A DNA stretch of 63,973 nt from Candidatus Latescibacterota bacterium (GTDB lineage: Bacteria > Latescibacterota > UBA2968 > UBA8231). The stretch lies in the NCBI GenBank assembly GCA_965205655.1, contig CBDBIJ010000137.1:1-63973 (forward strand). Reading direction: 5' to 3'. Numbering within the stretch: position 1 is the stretch's first letter; every line of letters begins with the position of its first letter. The notes beneath the pieces were generated by a model that saw only the letters and a program-made list of their open reading frames with translations, was not told the DNA's origin and ran no database searches. The position numbers were made by a program, and so were the translations under genes. Below are positions 9,628-21,159 of the stretch, one piece after another.

Positions 9628-9843
9628 ATGGCACAACGGAACCGTAAGCGCACACCGGCGGAAATTCGCGCAGATCGACTTCGTACGGGCAGGCCTCCAA
9701 AACCGGCACGTGACAAGCTGTCCGAGAAGGTTATGGTTTACCTGACAAAAGCTGAACGCGCCAAACTGCAGGCCCAGGCGCAAGAAGAGGGTATGACACT
9801 GGCAGCGTTGATTATGAGCCCGTGGCGCCAGAAGGGAGCGTGA
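9628..9843 (+). CDS. small basic ribbon-helix-helix-like DNA-binding protein
   Basis: GRPPK...KVMVYLTKAERAKLQAQAQEEGMTLAALI pattern; directly upstream of the integrase. Confidence 0.6.
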   Translation: MAQRNRKRTPAEIRADRLRTGRPPKPARDKLSEKVMVYLTKAERAKLQAQAQEEGMTLAALIMSPWRQKGA

Positions 9844-9846
9844 CAG

Positions 9847-11169
9847 ATGGCTGGAGTCAAAAAGAAACCTACCAAGGGCGGGATGTATCAGGCCTGGTTT
9901 ACCGACTACACGGGACAGCGGCGGTACTTCACGACCACAACCAGAACCGAAGCAAAGCGCGAAGCCAAGCGACTTGAGGCTGAGCATCGCCTGGTTCGAC
10001 AGGGCATTCGTCCCGCGCCCTCGTCAGCCGACAAGCATGCGAGGCGACCTTTCGAGGAGGTGATGCAGGAATACCTCGCTTGGGGTGAGGCACAGGGGGG
10101 GCGCGGTGGTAGAGCGTGGGGGAAGACTCACGCGCGCATGCGCCGTACTCACCTGGCGTGGTGGCAGGACCGTCTGGGTCTGAAATTCCAGGCCGATCTG
10201 CATCGCATTCTTCCGCGAGTCGAAAAGGAGTTACAATCACTGCAGCAACGCGGGCGGGCGGGCAAGACCATGGCCAATTATGCGGAGGCGATAGGAGCTT
10301 TCTGTGATTGGTGCGTCCAGCGTGGGTATCTCGCCGAGGATCCCTTGAAAGCCATGGTCCAATTTGACGCCACCCCTCGAACTCACCGTCGTGCCATGAC
10401 GGCGGACGAGATTGCTCGGCTTCTCGAGGCTTGTCCCCCTCATCGGCGGCTGCTCTACGAAACAGCATTCGCGACGGGACTGCGGGCAAACGAACTCCGC
10501 AGCCTGAGGGTAGAACACCTGGATGTAGAGCACGGCGGGTTGCATCTCGACGCGGCGTGGACAAAGAACCGGAAAGCCGGCGTCCAGCCCGTGCCCGAAG
10601 GTCTGGTGGCACGGTTGGCGGCCTCTGCCGATTCTGGCGAGGCCGCTCGTCTCTATCAACGATTCAGCCGCAAAAAAGCCACGGCTCAAGCGCCCGTGGA
10701 TCCCCTTCTCTATGTGCCCTCTCACACTGCCCGGGCTTTGGACAAGGATCTCAAGGCGGCAGGGATTCCGAAGCAAAGTCCGGGTGGCAAAATCGACTTC
10801 CACGCTTGCCGTGTGGCCTATATCAACCTCGTGATTCAAAGTGGAGTCACCGTCAAGGAGGCTCAGGAACTGGCCCGACACGCTTCGCCAGAGCTTACGA
10901 TGAACACCTACGGTCGGGTACAGAAAGAGCGACTGGCCAAGGCGGTGGAGCACGTAGGCCATGCGATATTGCAGCCAAAAAGAGTACCAGTGGAGTACCG
11001 GCGGGTCGTCGGGTCAGAACATGGAAACGCAACCCACGTAGATACAATGGGTTGCGCTGATGAAAATTGGTGGAGGCGGCGGGAGTCGAACCCGCGTCCG
11101 GAAACGGTCCGCTGCGATCCCTACGTGCGTAGTCAGTCAATTGATCTCGCCCCCTCCGGCTCCGACTGA
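9847..11169 (+). CDS. tyrosine recombinase/integrase
   Basis: Catalytic set R (TGLRANEL), K (TKNRK), HxxR (FHACR), H (ARH), Y (NTYG); abuts and overlaps the tmRNA 3' end. Confidence 0.93.
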   Translation: MAGVKKKPTKGGMYQAWFTDYTGQRRYFTTTTRTEAKREAKRLEAEHRLVRQGIRPAPSSADKHARRPFEEVMQEYLAWGEAQGGRGGRAWGKTHARMRRTHLAWWQDRLGLKFQADLHRILPRVEKELQSLQQRGRAGKTMANYAEAIGAFCDWCVQRGYLAEDPLKAMVQFDATPRTHRRAMTADEIARLLEACPPHRRLLYETAFATGLRANELRSLRVEHLDVEHGGLHLDAAWTKNRKAGVQPVPEGLVARLAASADSGEAARLYQRFSRKKATAQAPVDPLLYVPSHTARALDKDLKAAGIPKQSPGGKIDFHACRVAYINLVIQSGVTVKEAQELARHASPELTMNTYGRVQKERLAKAVEHVGHAILQPKRVPVEYRRVVGSEHGNATHVDTMGCADENWWRRRESNPRPETVRCDPYVRSQSIDLAPSGSD

Positions 11170-11426
11170 CAGGATCCGCAAAGGACCAGTTCATAAGATT
11201 CGCCACACGCCCTTGAACGGGAGCGTGCAGCTAGCCTGCTCAAGTCGACACCGAGTGCAGCAGCGCAGGCTCCGCCGCACCCGATGGGCCGCTTAGGTTG
11301 CCCTATGCAGCCAGCGCGTACGAGTTATCGTTGGCGTTTGAAATTGTTCCCGATGATTAACGAGGGTTCGGGACCTCGGCACGCGATCATCAGCCTCTCC
11401 ATCCCCGTCGAAGCCATTGCGCCCCC
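11068..11426 (-). ncRNA. ssrA: tmRNA; tag peptide (A)ANDNSYALAA at 11335-11303
   Basis: 5' GGGGGCG pairs with 3' CGCCTCC-ACCA including the G3-U wobble; T arm GCGGGTTCGACTCCCGC; tag ORF ends YALAA*; 359 nt. Confidence 0.97.
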
Positions 11427-11460
11427 ACGAAAGCGGTTTCGACTGATCGTTCGAAACTTC

Positions 11461-11489
11461 AATATACTCGGACACTTAGAGAGTGTCAA
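11461..11489 (-). promoter_or_regulatory. sigma70 promoter of ssrA
   Basis: TTGACA-N17-TATATT about 35 nt upstream of the mature 5' end. Confidence 0.8.
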
Positions 11490-11504
11490 CGCAAGCCGGC
11501 TCAG

Positions 11505-13719
11505 CTAGAACGCCTGGCCGATGGAAAAGTAAATCTTCGCCTCGTTCAGCCTCGTGGTGCTCGTCTCCTCACTCCATCCCAGATCGAGCCTGAACGGAAT
11601 ACCCATATCGTATCGCAGTCCGACTCCGTAGCCGTCGGTCATACTGGACCACGTGGCTTTGTTTGCGTGTCTCCAGACACCGGCGCGGTCCCAGAAAAAA
11701 ACCAATCCGACGGCACCGGCGCGCAACCGCAATTCGCTTCTCAGATTGAGCCCCGCCCGACCACCGCCTATGGCCTGAATGCTGTTGCGTTCGACTCCCC
11801 GAACACTTCCCTCGCCTCCGAGCTCTTGCCAGTATGACTGGGGAAGTGCGCGGTCCTGCCGCATCGAGGCAGTGAACACGACCCGCGACGCATTCGCCCA
11901 CACGAAGTGATCGCCGAGCGGCAGATAGGCTCGGGCCTCGAATTCGCCGTCCAGAACGCGCGTCGATTGCCCACCTATCTGGAGCGCGTACAGGCCACCC
12001 AGTCGCACGAACGTGCCGCGCCTCGGGGCGATCGGGTTGTCCCTCGAATCGCGCTGAAAGGCGAGGTTCAAGTTCAGTGTCCTGGCCCGGTCGGTGAGAA
12101 TGCGCCGCCATACCGGGTCGGTCGGAATCTCGCCGTCGGCGTAGTCGACGAATGCGTCAGCACCATCGGCGTCGTCGATCTGTGCGATTGCCTTCTCCCC
12201 GACGGCATCCTCCTCGGCGAACGGGTCGCCACCAAAGGGATCGCCTCCCTCTTCGCCCGCGCCCCCGTCCGGCACGTTTGGATCGTCAGCTGAAGCTTCA
12301 TCGATCGGCGCGTTGAACCGAATCGCTCCCGTCGCCACGGGCCGGTTCCTCGATTCCGTCCAGGTAAGCCCCAATACTCCTTGGTAGGCTTCCCCACCTG
12401 CACCTTCCTCCCACCTTCTCGTCAGCGAGCCCGTTGAACTGCCACAGCCGCTCGATCGATCGATAGTCGTAGACCGAAGAAGCAATGAACTCAGTGGGTG
12501 CGAGCGCGATGAGATCTCCCAAGCCGAGTTCCTGTGCCGTCAGCAGATCATTCAGCACGCTGTGGTTCGCCGTCAGCAGCGCCAACTGCAGTGAATCGGA
12601 AGGGTCCGCAAAGACCTGTCGGTTCCCCCACTCGTCGGTGAGGCCGGCCGACACCGTCAGATCTGCTCCCGTCTTCAACATGTTCGGCTCCGTCCAGTAG
12701 ACCGTCCCTCCCTGCAGCGGGCGACCGAGGTTTGCGTCGAGCCCGATGTGTGTGCCCCGGCCCAGCCAGTTGCTGTGCTGGACGTTTGCCGACAGACCCG
12801 GCTCAGTATTGTTGAAGAATACCTGACCCTCCAGGTGAATGAACTTCGCTCCTGCAATCGGATCACAACAGGTTGGAGGCTGTCGCCCTCCACTCCCGCC
12901 GCCGGCGTGCTCAGGGTCACCGAGCGGAACAGATTCGTGCGCGCCAGATTATTGCGAGTGCGCCTCAGTTGCTCCGGATCGTAGAGACCGCCCTTGCGAA
13001 AGGTGAGATTGTCTTTCACAAGACGGGAGCGCGTCTGCAACCTGGCCGCGTCTGAGGCACCGCTTACGATGCGAACATCGCCGAAGTACATTCGCATCCC
13101 GGAGTCAACTCTGTATGTCACCCGTGCCGTTCGAGTCTTCGGTTCCAGCTCCAGAACGTTTCGCACTTTGGCGTGGGGATATCCGGCTCTGTTCAGATAG
13201 CCCAACAACTCCCTTTCATCGGCCAGGATGCGGCTGTACCTGAACACCTCGCCGGCATCGAGTGTCAGTCTCTCAGTCAGGTCGGCGACATCGGCGCCTG
13301 TTTCTCCGGCTTCGACCTCCACCCCTCTCCACGTGCCAGGGCTCGCCGCTGTCGATCTTGATGCCGATGTAAAGCTTGCCGTCCTCGTCCAGCTCGAAGC
13401 TCTTGCCAGTGATGTCGACATCCATGAAGCCGCGGTCGCGGTACACGTTCATCAGCGTCGCCGTGTCATTGCGGAAGAAACGCCGTTGGAACCGTTCACC
13501 GGCTCTCGTCGTCATGGCGGCGCGGTGTTTTGCCGTGTTGAAGGGTTTGTGGCGCACGTAGCGGAACCAGATCTCCTTCACCGTGACTTCGTTGTTCGGG
13601 ATATCCCTCACCGACACCGAACGCCGTCCTTCGGCCCACAGCGCTCCTGTGCAACCGCCTTCTGACAATTGCGTCGCCGCAACGGTCCATGCCAGTGCGA
13701 TGATGGGGAGGCGGCGCAT
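11505..13719 (-). CDS. Omp85 (BamA/TamA) family outer membrane protein, several frameshifts
   Basis: POTRA-like segments, RDSRDNPIAP, LGGEGSVRG, C-terminal YFSIGQAF; four overlapping ORF pieces. Confidence 0.85.
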
Positions 13720-16700
13720 CAGAAACTTTTCTTCAGACTCACGCCGATGCCGTAGACTTCAAGCGCCGAATGGGCTGCACCGTTCACCGTCAGGTAGGAG
13801 GTCATTTTGTACTCCAGTTGCAACTCCCCGAACGAAGGCTCCCGCCTCAGCGCCTCGTAACGCGCCCAAACCGGCACCGGAAACGAGATGTGCTTGCCGA
13901 GTCGAAGAGTTGGTTCGCCGACGGTGCCCAACACCGTTCCCGATGGCATGATCTGGAATTCGTCGAGGCCAATCTTCTGAACCTGACGGCTCAGCAGGAG
14001 CTGTCCCGCCGCGACCCGCGGCGGCCTCGTAGAGATAGTCCCGGCTGTAGTTTCCCATCGAGGTCGAACCGAAAGCCAGCAGGGTGATCACTTCCGTATC
14101 GCCCATGCCGGGTGAGGCAAAAGCGTGGCACCACGTTGAGAGCTGGGCCCTGCAAGCTCATCGTGACCTCCCGGTCCTCGTCCTCGTCGATCGGCCTGAC
14201 CGTCGCCACCGCCTCGATGTCGAGCTCCGGATTCAGCAACAGCGGATCGTAGGCCAGATCCAGGATGGAGTAGGTCGGCACGAGCTGGTCGAGAATGATG
14301 CGCCCTTTCGTGAATGAGAATTCTCGATTGAGGGCTATCACTTTTCCCTCTGGAATGCGAACCTCTCCCTGAAATCTCGGTTTGTAGAAACTGCCGTAGA
14401 CCTGCGCCTGGCCTTCCAGATCGATGTCGATGAGCTCGTTCTTTACCTCCAGATCGCTCAGCTCGACCGACACATTCAACCGCGTGTTTTCGAGAAACGG
14501 ACTCTGCAGCGCTGGTGGTGGGGGCGGCACCGGCGCCGCTGTCAGGTCGACGAGTGGCGGCTCTGCGAGAGCGCGCCCGAGCCGCACATTTCCCTCCAGC
14601 AGTGCCCCTGGGTCGGAGCGCTTGAAGGTGACGACGCCGCTGATTTCCTCGACCGCGAAGATGTCGTCGTAGGCATATGGCAGATCCTTGGCCTCGACGC
14701 GGAAGGCGTAGTCGATGGCGGCCGCCGAGTCGAGACCGACGAAGCCGCTCAGCTCGATGCTGCCCCTTTCCCCCGCTCTCGGCGCTCCGTGAAATCCCTG
14801 TAACTCTCCCCGTTTTCCGTCGAAGGCGATCTGTCCGGCTGGAAATACGTAGCCAGGTTTGACGTCGGGAATGGAGAACCGCAAGTCCTCCACCTCGATG
14901 CGACCTCGGAGCTCGAGATTGTCACCCAGACCCTCAACTGCCAGATCGGCGGTCATCAGTCCGTCGATGTCCTGTAGCTGTGGCAGCTGCTCGAGAAAGA
15001 CGAACAGATTGAGACCGTTGCTGCGGATTTCTGCCTTGCCCGCCTGCCAGTCGACGGTGCCGTTCGTCAGGTCCCACGGCATCTGCACCTCCACGCTCAC
15101 GACATCGGCGACATAGGTCATCCACTCGACCTGAATCCGCATTTCTGTTTCCGAGCCGTGGAACTCGCCAGTGACGTCGCCGTACTCCTCGAGCGAAATC
15201 TCCGCAGTAGCCTCGAGGCTCCTATCTCCCCCCCCGTCGACGAAGCGGGCTTCCGCCGTCACGAGCCCCTCGGGAAGGCTGCCTTCGTCGACACCCGCCT
15301 GCTCGAGGGCGAGCAGGTCCAGATCGACAAGGCTGAGCACGACCTCGAGATCATCGGCGCCATCGAGACCGCCTCTCAGTCCCACTTCCCCAGCCGGTCC
15401 GAACCCACCCTGTTCCTTGCGGTAGATCTCGACGGCCATGGAGAAGCCTTCGAGCTCCAGCGAACGCTGTGAGGATTCACCGAACAGGACGGCAGCCCCC
15501 GCCTCTGGCAGATGCATGCGCAGTCCTGCTTTCTCGATTTCGAAATGACTGAGTCGGATAAGACCGCGAAGCTGATCCCACTCGACTCCTTGCCTGAGGT
15601 GGCCGGCGGGAAACGTGACCAGCCCCCTCAGATCGAGTCGACCATCCACTGAGTCTTGCAGCGCCTCACTCAGCGTTGCTCCGAGCTCCAGCCTCTCGGC
15701 GGTGACCTGCAGCTCGGCCTCGCCCTCGATCGAGTCGGCGGTCGCGAGAAGGACGCTTGCCGGCGCTGCCAGTCGCACCCTCGCGCCAGCTGCGGTCTTG
15801 TCCGAACCGGCCGCGCTATCGGTTTGCGCCCCGGAACGATCGGCTACGAAGCTCTGGTCCAGCGACGCCTCCACGACGAGACTGTCGCCCAACTGAAGCC
15901 CTATCCTCACGTCCCCGAGCGCTCTGCCGTTGAGAGCCATCTGTTCGGCCGCGAGCTCAGCGGTGGCGGTTGGTCGAGAGGGACTCCCGCCCACCTCTAA
16001 CCGGGCCCATCCGCTTCCGGACAGCTGCGGCTGAAGCGCGCCCGGCTCCAGCGAGTCGATCGACGCGGACAGATCGAGACTGTCCACACCGACGTGTCCG
16101 GAGGCCGTCAGAATTCCCAGCGGCGAGCGCAGGCTGAGCCGCTCGACGGTAAGATTCTCGTTGCCGTAGCGGACGATTTGAGGACCTCTTGCCGCCACCG
16201 AGTCACCGCCGACGCGCCCGTTCAGTTTGTGGATAGACAGCTGTGCGCGCAGTCCTTCCGGCTCGTGCAGGTCAGCGGACCAGGCCAGGTCGCCGGAGAG
16301 GACGATCTGATCGCCCGACGCCTCGTCGCCCGTCACTGAAGACGGCGAATCGTTCTCCTGGAGAGCGCGTTCGAAATTCGCCTCCGCGAATTCGATGTTG
16401 CCCGTGAGCTGCATCGTGGAGTCGATCGATGCCCTAGCCGATAGTCCCCTGCCCGTTGCCGTCACCCGGGCTACTCCCGCAGCGTGATGCAACTGCATTT
16501 CTACCATGCCCAGATCCCACCCCGCGTATGAAAGCTCGCTCAGCTGAAGGCGGCCTCGCGCCCTCGAGCCGGCAAAGTCGAGCCCGCCGCCACCGGCGAT
16601 CCTCGCCGTCAGGGATCCGTCCAGCCCGGGCACCAGTCCGACTGAGCGCCACATCTGAAATCTCGAGCTGCAGTGTGTCGAGCTCGCCCTGCTGCAGATC

Positions 16701-18213
16701 GATGGCGGCGATCGCGCGCGCCAGGTCCTCCTCCAGCTCCAGCTCGGCATCGAGCCGACGCCGTTGCGTCAGCGTCGCTTCGAGCCGCAGCGGTCCGAAC
16801 CGTCCGTCCAGAGCCGGCAGCTCGGGGCGTGCGCAGCTCGAGACTGATGGTATCGGGTGCTGCGTGGCCACTGAGCTCCACCGGTGCCGCATCGTATCCC
16901 AGAAGCCGAGCCGGATGCAGTGTACCCGTGATAGCGATGTCGTAGAGGGCGCTGCCGACGTCGACTGTTCCAGACCCCCGCAGCGAACCCAGCTCTGAGC
17001 GAAGCTGGGCCTCGAGCTTTCCATCCGCTGCCAGAGCGGCGTTCAAGTCGACTGCCACCGGTTTGCCCGCCAGCACCTCACTCTGCAGATGGGCGTCGAG
17101 TTTGGCTGCATAGCGCGCCGCTCCGGGTCGCGCCCTGACCGCGAAGGTTCCCTCGAGGCGACCGAGGCCGGTCACTCCAGTTACCTTGGCAAGGTCCAGT
17201 CCCTCCCTTACTTCCAGCTTGGCGCTGAGGCTGTCCGTGCCGGCATCGTAGAGAGATTGGATGAACGCCTCGCCGTCGGCGACCGTGAGTCGCGCCGAAT
17301 CCACCGCTGCCACCGCGCCCCGCAGCGAGCAGTGGCTCTCCAGTGCGATCTCGCCCAATGATGCGTGCGATCCGACTGCCCGGACCGCCACAAATATATT
17401 TGTCGGCTGCGTATCGCCCGAGAGCTCTATCTTCACCGTGCCGGCGAGGCCGTCGCCGAAGACAGCTTGCACGCGGGCCTGCGCCACGGCGGGCAAGCCG
17501 GGAGCAAGTTTCAAGCTGCCGGATCCGATCGTCTCGACAGAAACGGAACCTGCTCGCGCGCCGACCGCGAGGGATTCCACGTCGATCTCTCGCGCCGCCA
17601 GGCGCACGCGTGCTTCGAGTTCGGCGTGAGCGAGCTCGACGCCCTTCTCCTGTACGGAGATGCTGCCGGCGGTGAGAGTGAGTCGTCTGTCTGGAGATCT
17701 GTCGCCATCACCTGCCGCAATAGGGAAGGGTCCGTAGCGCAGGTCAAGTGCTTCGACCAGGACGTGGATGCTGTCGGCGGGACGACTCAGCTCGACTCGC
17801 CCATCCGAGATGGACAGCTCGGGCAGCATCCGGATGGGAAGCGCGTCGATCTCGCCTTCCGGAATGCCGCGGATCGAATCGGATTCCGCCTCGGATTGGT
17901 TTGTCGAGTCAGGACTACCGTCGAGTACGAGGCGCAGTCGCGGTGCGGTTACCCCAACGCGGTTCGACCACAATGATAGCGACAGCGCCGGCACCGACAG
18001 CGACCAGCTCCTGTCGGCATCATGCGCCTCGATGCGCTCGAACGTCGCCGTCGACGACAGCCATCCGCTGGTCGATTCGATGTCGACTCGTAGATCGAAC
18101 CGGGGCGCTGCATGAGTGAGTAGCCTCGCCACCAGCCAGGTTCCGACCGGCGAGGCCACCAGGAGAAGGGCGACGGCGATTGCCGCTACAGCGTAAGTGA
18201 GACGGCGTTTCAC
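13719..18213 (-). CDS. TamB-like translocation/assembly module protein, several frameshifts
   Basis: N-terminal anchor, long beta-strand-rich body, C-terminal TamB-like region (NPELDIEA, LRLGKHIS, LQLEYKM); adjacent to the Omp85 gene. Confidence 0.8.
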
Positions 18214-18264
18214 GACGGACGGTGGGCTCGATTGATCGGGGGCGCGTCCGGGAGAGGTGGGTGA

Positions 18265-19104
18265 TTACTTCGCGGCTCGGCGCAGACCCTTGGACAACTC
18301 GAACAGAGAATCAGGGAGGGGACTGTATGAAAGTGAATTGACTTTGCGCGACAGCTTGAGCAACTGCTTCTGCTTGCCGCCCGCTTTTTTCGTGAAAACC
18401 TTCAACTCCGATTGCATCGGGAAACCTTTCAGCGCCGACAGCTCCTCCTCGAGCTTGTCGTAGTCGTCCACCGACTTGGCCAATTGATCCAGCCCGCCAC
18501 CCATGGGAGAGGGGTATGACGTTTTCTTCCTGTGTCTTTCCAGAAAGTCCTCGATCTCGCCCGATCCCGGGAAGTCGGTGGCCATCCACGCCTGGTAGAG
18601 ATAGCGGTTCTCCCGGCGGAGTTCTTTCGTTCCCGGCTTGAAATGGCGCGCTTTCAGCTCTGCTGCGACCCGTCGACACAGAATCCCCTCGATACGGGAC
18701 GTATCGGGCATGATCTTGGTGCGGAAGGATACTTCCGGGCTCTGATCGTTCCGCTTCTGCCCGGCGACCCTTTTGCCCGCCGCTGGCGGCAGGCGTTGCT
18801 GCAGGTAGGTCTGCTGGGCGTGGTCTATTTCGAACACATTCGCCCTGTCGAGTTGCAGAATCGTGCTCTCCTCGAGTGGCGTTCCCTGTTTGCGCAGCTT
18901 CTTTCGGTCTTTCTTGTTCGCCTTGATCTCGCTGTGCACTCTCTGTCGCTGTCCCTTGATGTAGATCCGGTTCACTGTTTTTCGAGCCCCCACCTTCTTC
19001 GATCCCATCCCCGAGTTCACCACCTCTTCCTCGTAAAACACATCTGGCCGCCCCGATCCCGCGGCGACGACAGCGATCGTCAGCGACAGTAGAAGGATTC
19101 TCAA
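18265..19104 (-). CDS. exported hypothetical protein (DUF4412-like)
   Basis: Signal peptide; IEGILCRRV, GFPMQSE and LPDSLFEL motifs. Confidence 0.55.
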   Translation of the reverse strand: MRILLLSLTIAVVAAGSGRPDVFYEEEVVNSGMGSKKVGARKTVNRIYIKGQRQRVHSEIKANKKDRKKLRKQGTPLEESTILQLDRANVFEIDHAQQTYLQQRLPPAAGKRVAGQKRNDQSPEVSFRTKIMPDTSRIEGILCRRVAAELKARHFKPGTKELRRENRYLYQAWMATDFPGSGEIEDFLERHRKKTSYPSPMGGGLDQLAKSVDDYDKLEEELSALKGFPMQSELKVFTKKAGGKQKQLLKLSRKVNSLSYSPLPDSLFELSKGLRRAAK

Positions 19105-19392
19105 GATTTGTTTCTCCCTACGAAAAGGACTCAGTTGTGTACCGAGAAATCTGGACGCTTTCCGACCAGTAGTCGGCGCTCAAACCCGCCTTCAGTTTCA
19201 ACTCCCGCAGGAAAGCCTCCGGTGCCGGAAGCGTTTCCCAGACCGATGGCAACAGCGTTCCCCGATGATGTTTTTCCTGCAACAGCAGCCCGTCCACTCC
19301 CGGCCGCACCTGGGCCAGAAAATCGTCCTGCGAAGTGAACGACATGGCCTCGACACAGCCTAGTACTGAAATCTGGATGTGGAGGTCGACGA

Positions 19393-20820
19393 CGCTTTGT
19401 CCCGATCTTAGTTGAAACAGCACAGGCTCCAATCGTTACGTTTTGATACGAGAAGCCCGTTGGAAGAAGTCTCGCATCGGTAACAAAAGGAGCCTGCAAT
19501 GAGCAAGCTAGTAGCACGGAAGAAGGGCGTCAAACGAACGGTGAGCATCGGCAAGGTAGCACCCGAGACTGCAGAGCAAGTAGAGGACCTGGATGGCCGG
19601 ATCGAGGCGATCCAATGGCTGATTCCCTTGGGGCTGCAGGCGGTCGCGGAGGAGCTGCAAAGAGCGGTCGTTGAGTTGGCTGGGCCGCGGTATCAGCGCA
19701 AGGGGTCGGATCAGCCGTTACGCCGCTGGGGGTCTCAGCTCGGGTCGGTGTACCTGGCCGACCAGAAACTACCCGTCGATGTGCCGCGGGTGCGCAACGT
19801 GGCCAACCATACCGAGGTCCCGCTGGATGTTTACCAGGCACTGCAGACGCCTCGACAGATGGACGAAGGTCTGCTGTTGCGGATGCTGAAGGGCATCGCC
19901 ACGCGCAACTACGAGGCCTGCGCTGAGGCCGTACCCGAGGCCTTTGGTCTGTCATCCTCATCGGTGTCCTGTCGTTACGTGAAAGGCACGGCTCGAAAGC
20001 TGGCTGAATTCCAGGAGCGATCCCTGGAAGGATATGATCTGGTGGCGCTATTCCTCGACGGCAAGAGCTTCGCGGACGAGGAGATCATCATCGCCCTGGG
20101 CGTCACCCTCGACGGACAGAAGATTCCTCTTGGCTTCGTGCAGGCGGCCACGGAAAACGAGCGCGTCTGCCGTCGCTTCCTGTCCGATCTGGTCGAACGC
20201 GGTATGCAGTACGAAGCCGGACTGTTGGTCGTCATCGACGGCGCCAAGGGGCTTTACAAGGCGGTGATGTCGGTGCTCGAAGGACATGCCTGCGTGCAGC
20301 GCTGCCAGTATCACAAGCGCCAGAACGTCGTGTCGTATCTGTCCAAGAGCGAGCAGTCCGGTATGGGTCGCAAGATGGAGGCGGCCTACGGCAAACCGAG
20401 ATACGAGGCGGCCAAGGCGGCACTGGACGCGCTCAAACCGGGCTTGAAGTTGATGAATCAGTCCGCCCTACACAGCCTCGAGGAAGGCATGGAAGAGACC
20501 CTCACACTCCATCGGTTGGGACTGACGCCGATGCTCAAGGATTCCTTCCGCACCACCAACTGCATCGAGAACGTCAACAGTCTCCTGGAGCAGCTCACAC
20601 ACAACGTGCGACGCTGGACCAACTCATCACAGCGTCACCGTTGGGTAGCCACGGCACTGCTCGACATCGAACCACGTCTGCGCAGGGTCAAGGGCTATCG
20701 CCATCTGCCGATGCTCCGGCAAGCCATACAAGCCGAACTCGGCATCAAACAGCTCGCGATGATGGGCTGACACACTCACCCGAGCCTGTGATTTGTTTCA
20801 ACTGAAACTGGGCCTTGACC
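19393..20820 (+). mobile_element. IS256-family element (copy 2, intact), 8-bp TSD GTCGACGA
   Basis: TSD at 19385-19392 and 20821-20828; IRs contain GTTGAAACA. Confidence 0.95.
19499..20770 (+). CDS. IS256-family (mutator-type) transposase
   Basis: 423 aa; LFLDG, DGAKGL, QRCQYHK, TTNCIE. Confidence 0.93.
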   Translation: MSKLVARKKGVKRTVSIGKVAPETAEQVEDLDGRIEAIQWLIPLGLQAVAEELQRAVVELAGPRYQRKGSDQPLRRWGSQLGSVYLADQKLPVDVPRVRNVANHTEVPLDVYQALQTPRQMDEGLLLRMLKGIATRNYEACAEAVPEAFGLSSSSVSCRYVKGTARKLAEFQERSLEGYDLVALFLDGKSFADEEIIIALGVTLDGQKIPLGFVQAATENERVCRRFLSDLVERGMQYEAGLLVVIDGAKGLYKAVMSVLEGHACVQRCQYHKRQNVVSYLSKSEQSGMGRKMEAAYGKPRYEAAKAALDALKPGLKLMNQSALHSLEEGMEETLTLHRLGLTPMLKDSFRTTNCIENVNSLLEQLTHNVRRWTNSSQRHRWVATALLDIEPRLRRVKGYRHLPMLRQAIQAELGIKQLAMMG

Positions 20821-21159
20821 GTCGACGAGCTCATCCCGCGCTAGTGGAAAGAAGCGCGGATCGAGGAATCCGGCCGAATAGGCGTTGTGGGCAATATCCT
20901 CAATGAGGGACCGGACCGGCGCCGACGACCCCATGCAGCCACGCAGGTCGCCGGCCTTCCTCAAGGTGACGAATGCCGCCCCCTGACTCCGCAGAGATTC
21001 ATCGTAGTCTTCGAGATCTACCGGCAAGGGCCCGCCATGCTCGACACCATGCTCGATCGAGGTGCGGGCCGTGCGCAACAAGAGCTCCCGGATTTTCCCC
21101 TCCATCTGTCATCTCTCCGCCGGATGTGAGAGGTTTGCGACGCGTCAGTGTCGCGAATC

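Larger units (their letters stand above)
19118..21105 (-). pseudogene. amrA: AmmeMemoRadiSam protein A (AMMECR1 domain) interrupted by IS256
   Basis: FVTL..LRGCMG and DPRF in the 5' part; ISVL and TLLPSVW in the 3' part; rejoining gives RDELVDLHIQISVL. Confidence 0.92.

Noticed and set aside
11068..11100. tRNA gene
   Set aside because: It is the tRNA-like 3' domain of tmRNA; there is no anticodon arm.
11505..18213. tamA/tamB-like genes as true pseudogenes or programmed frameshifts
   Set aside because: The two IS3 copies differ from each other by scattered single-base indels, which points to sequencing error. The same likely explains the shifts here and in the dehydrogenase, SGNH and MATE genes.
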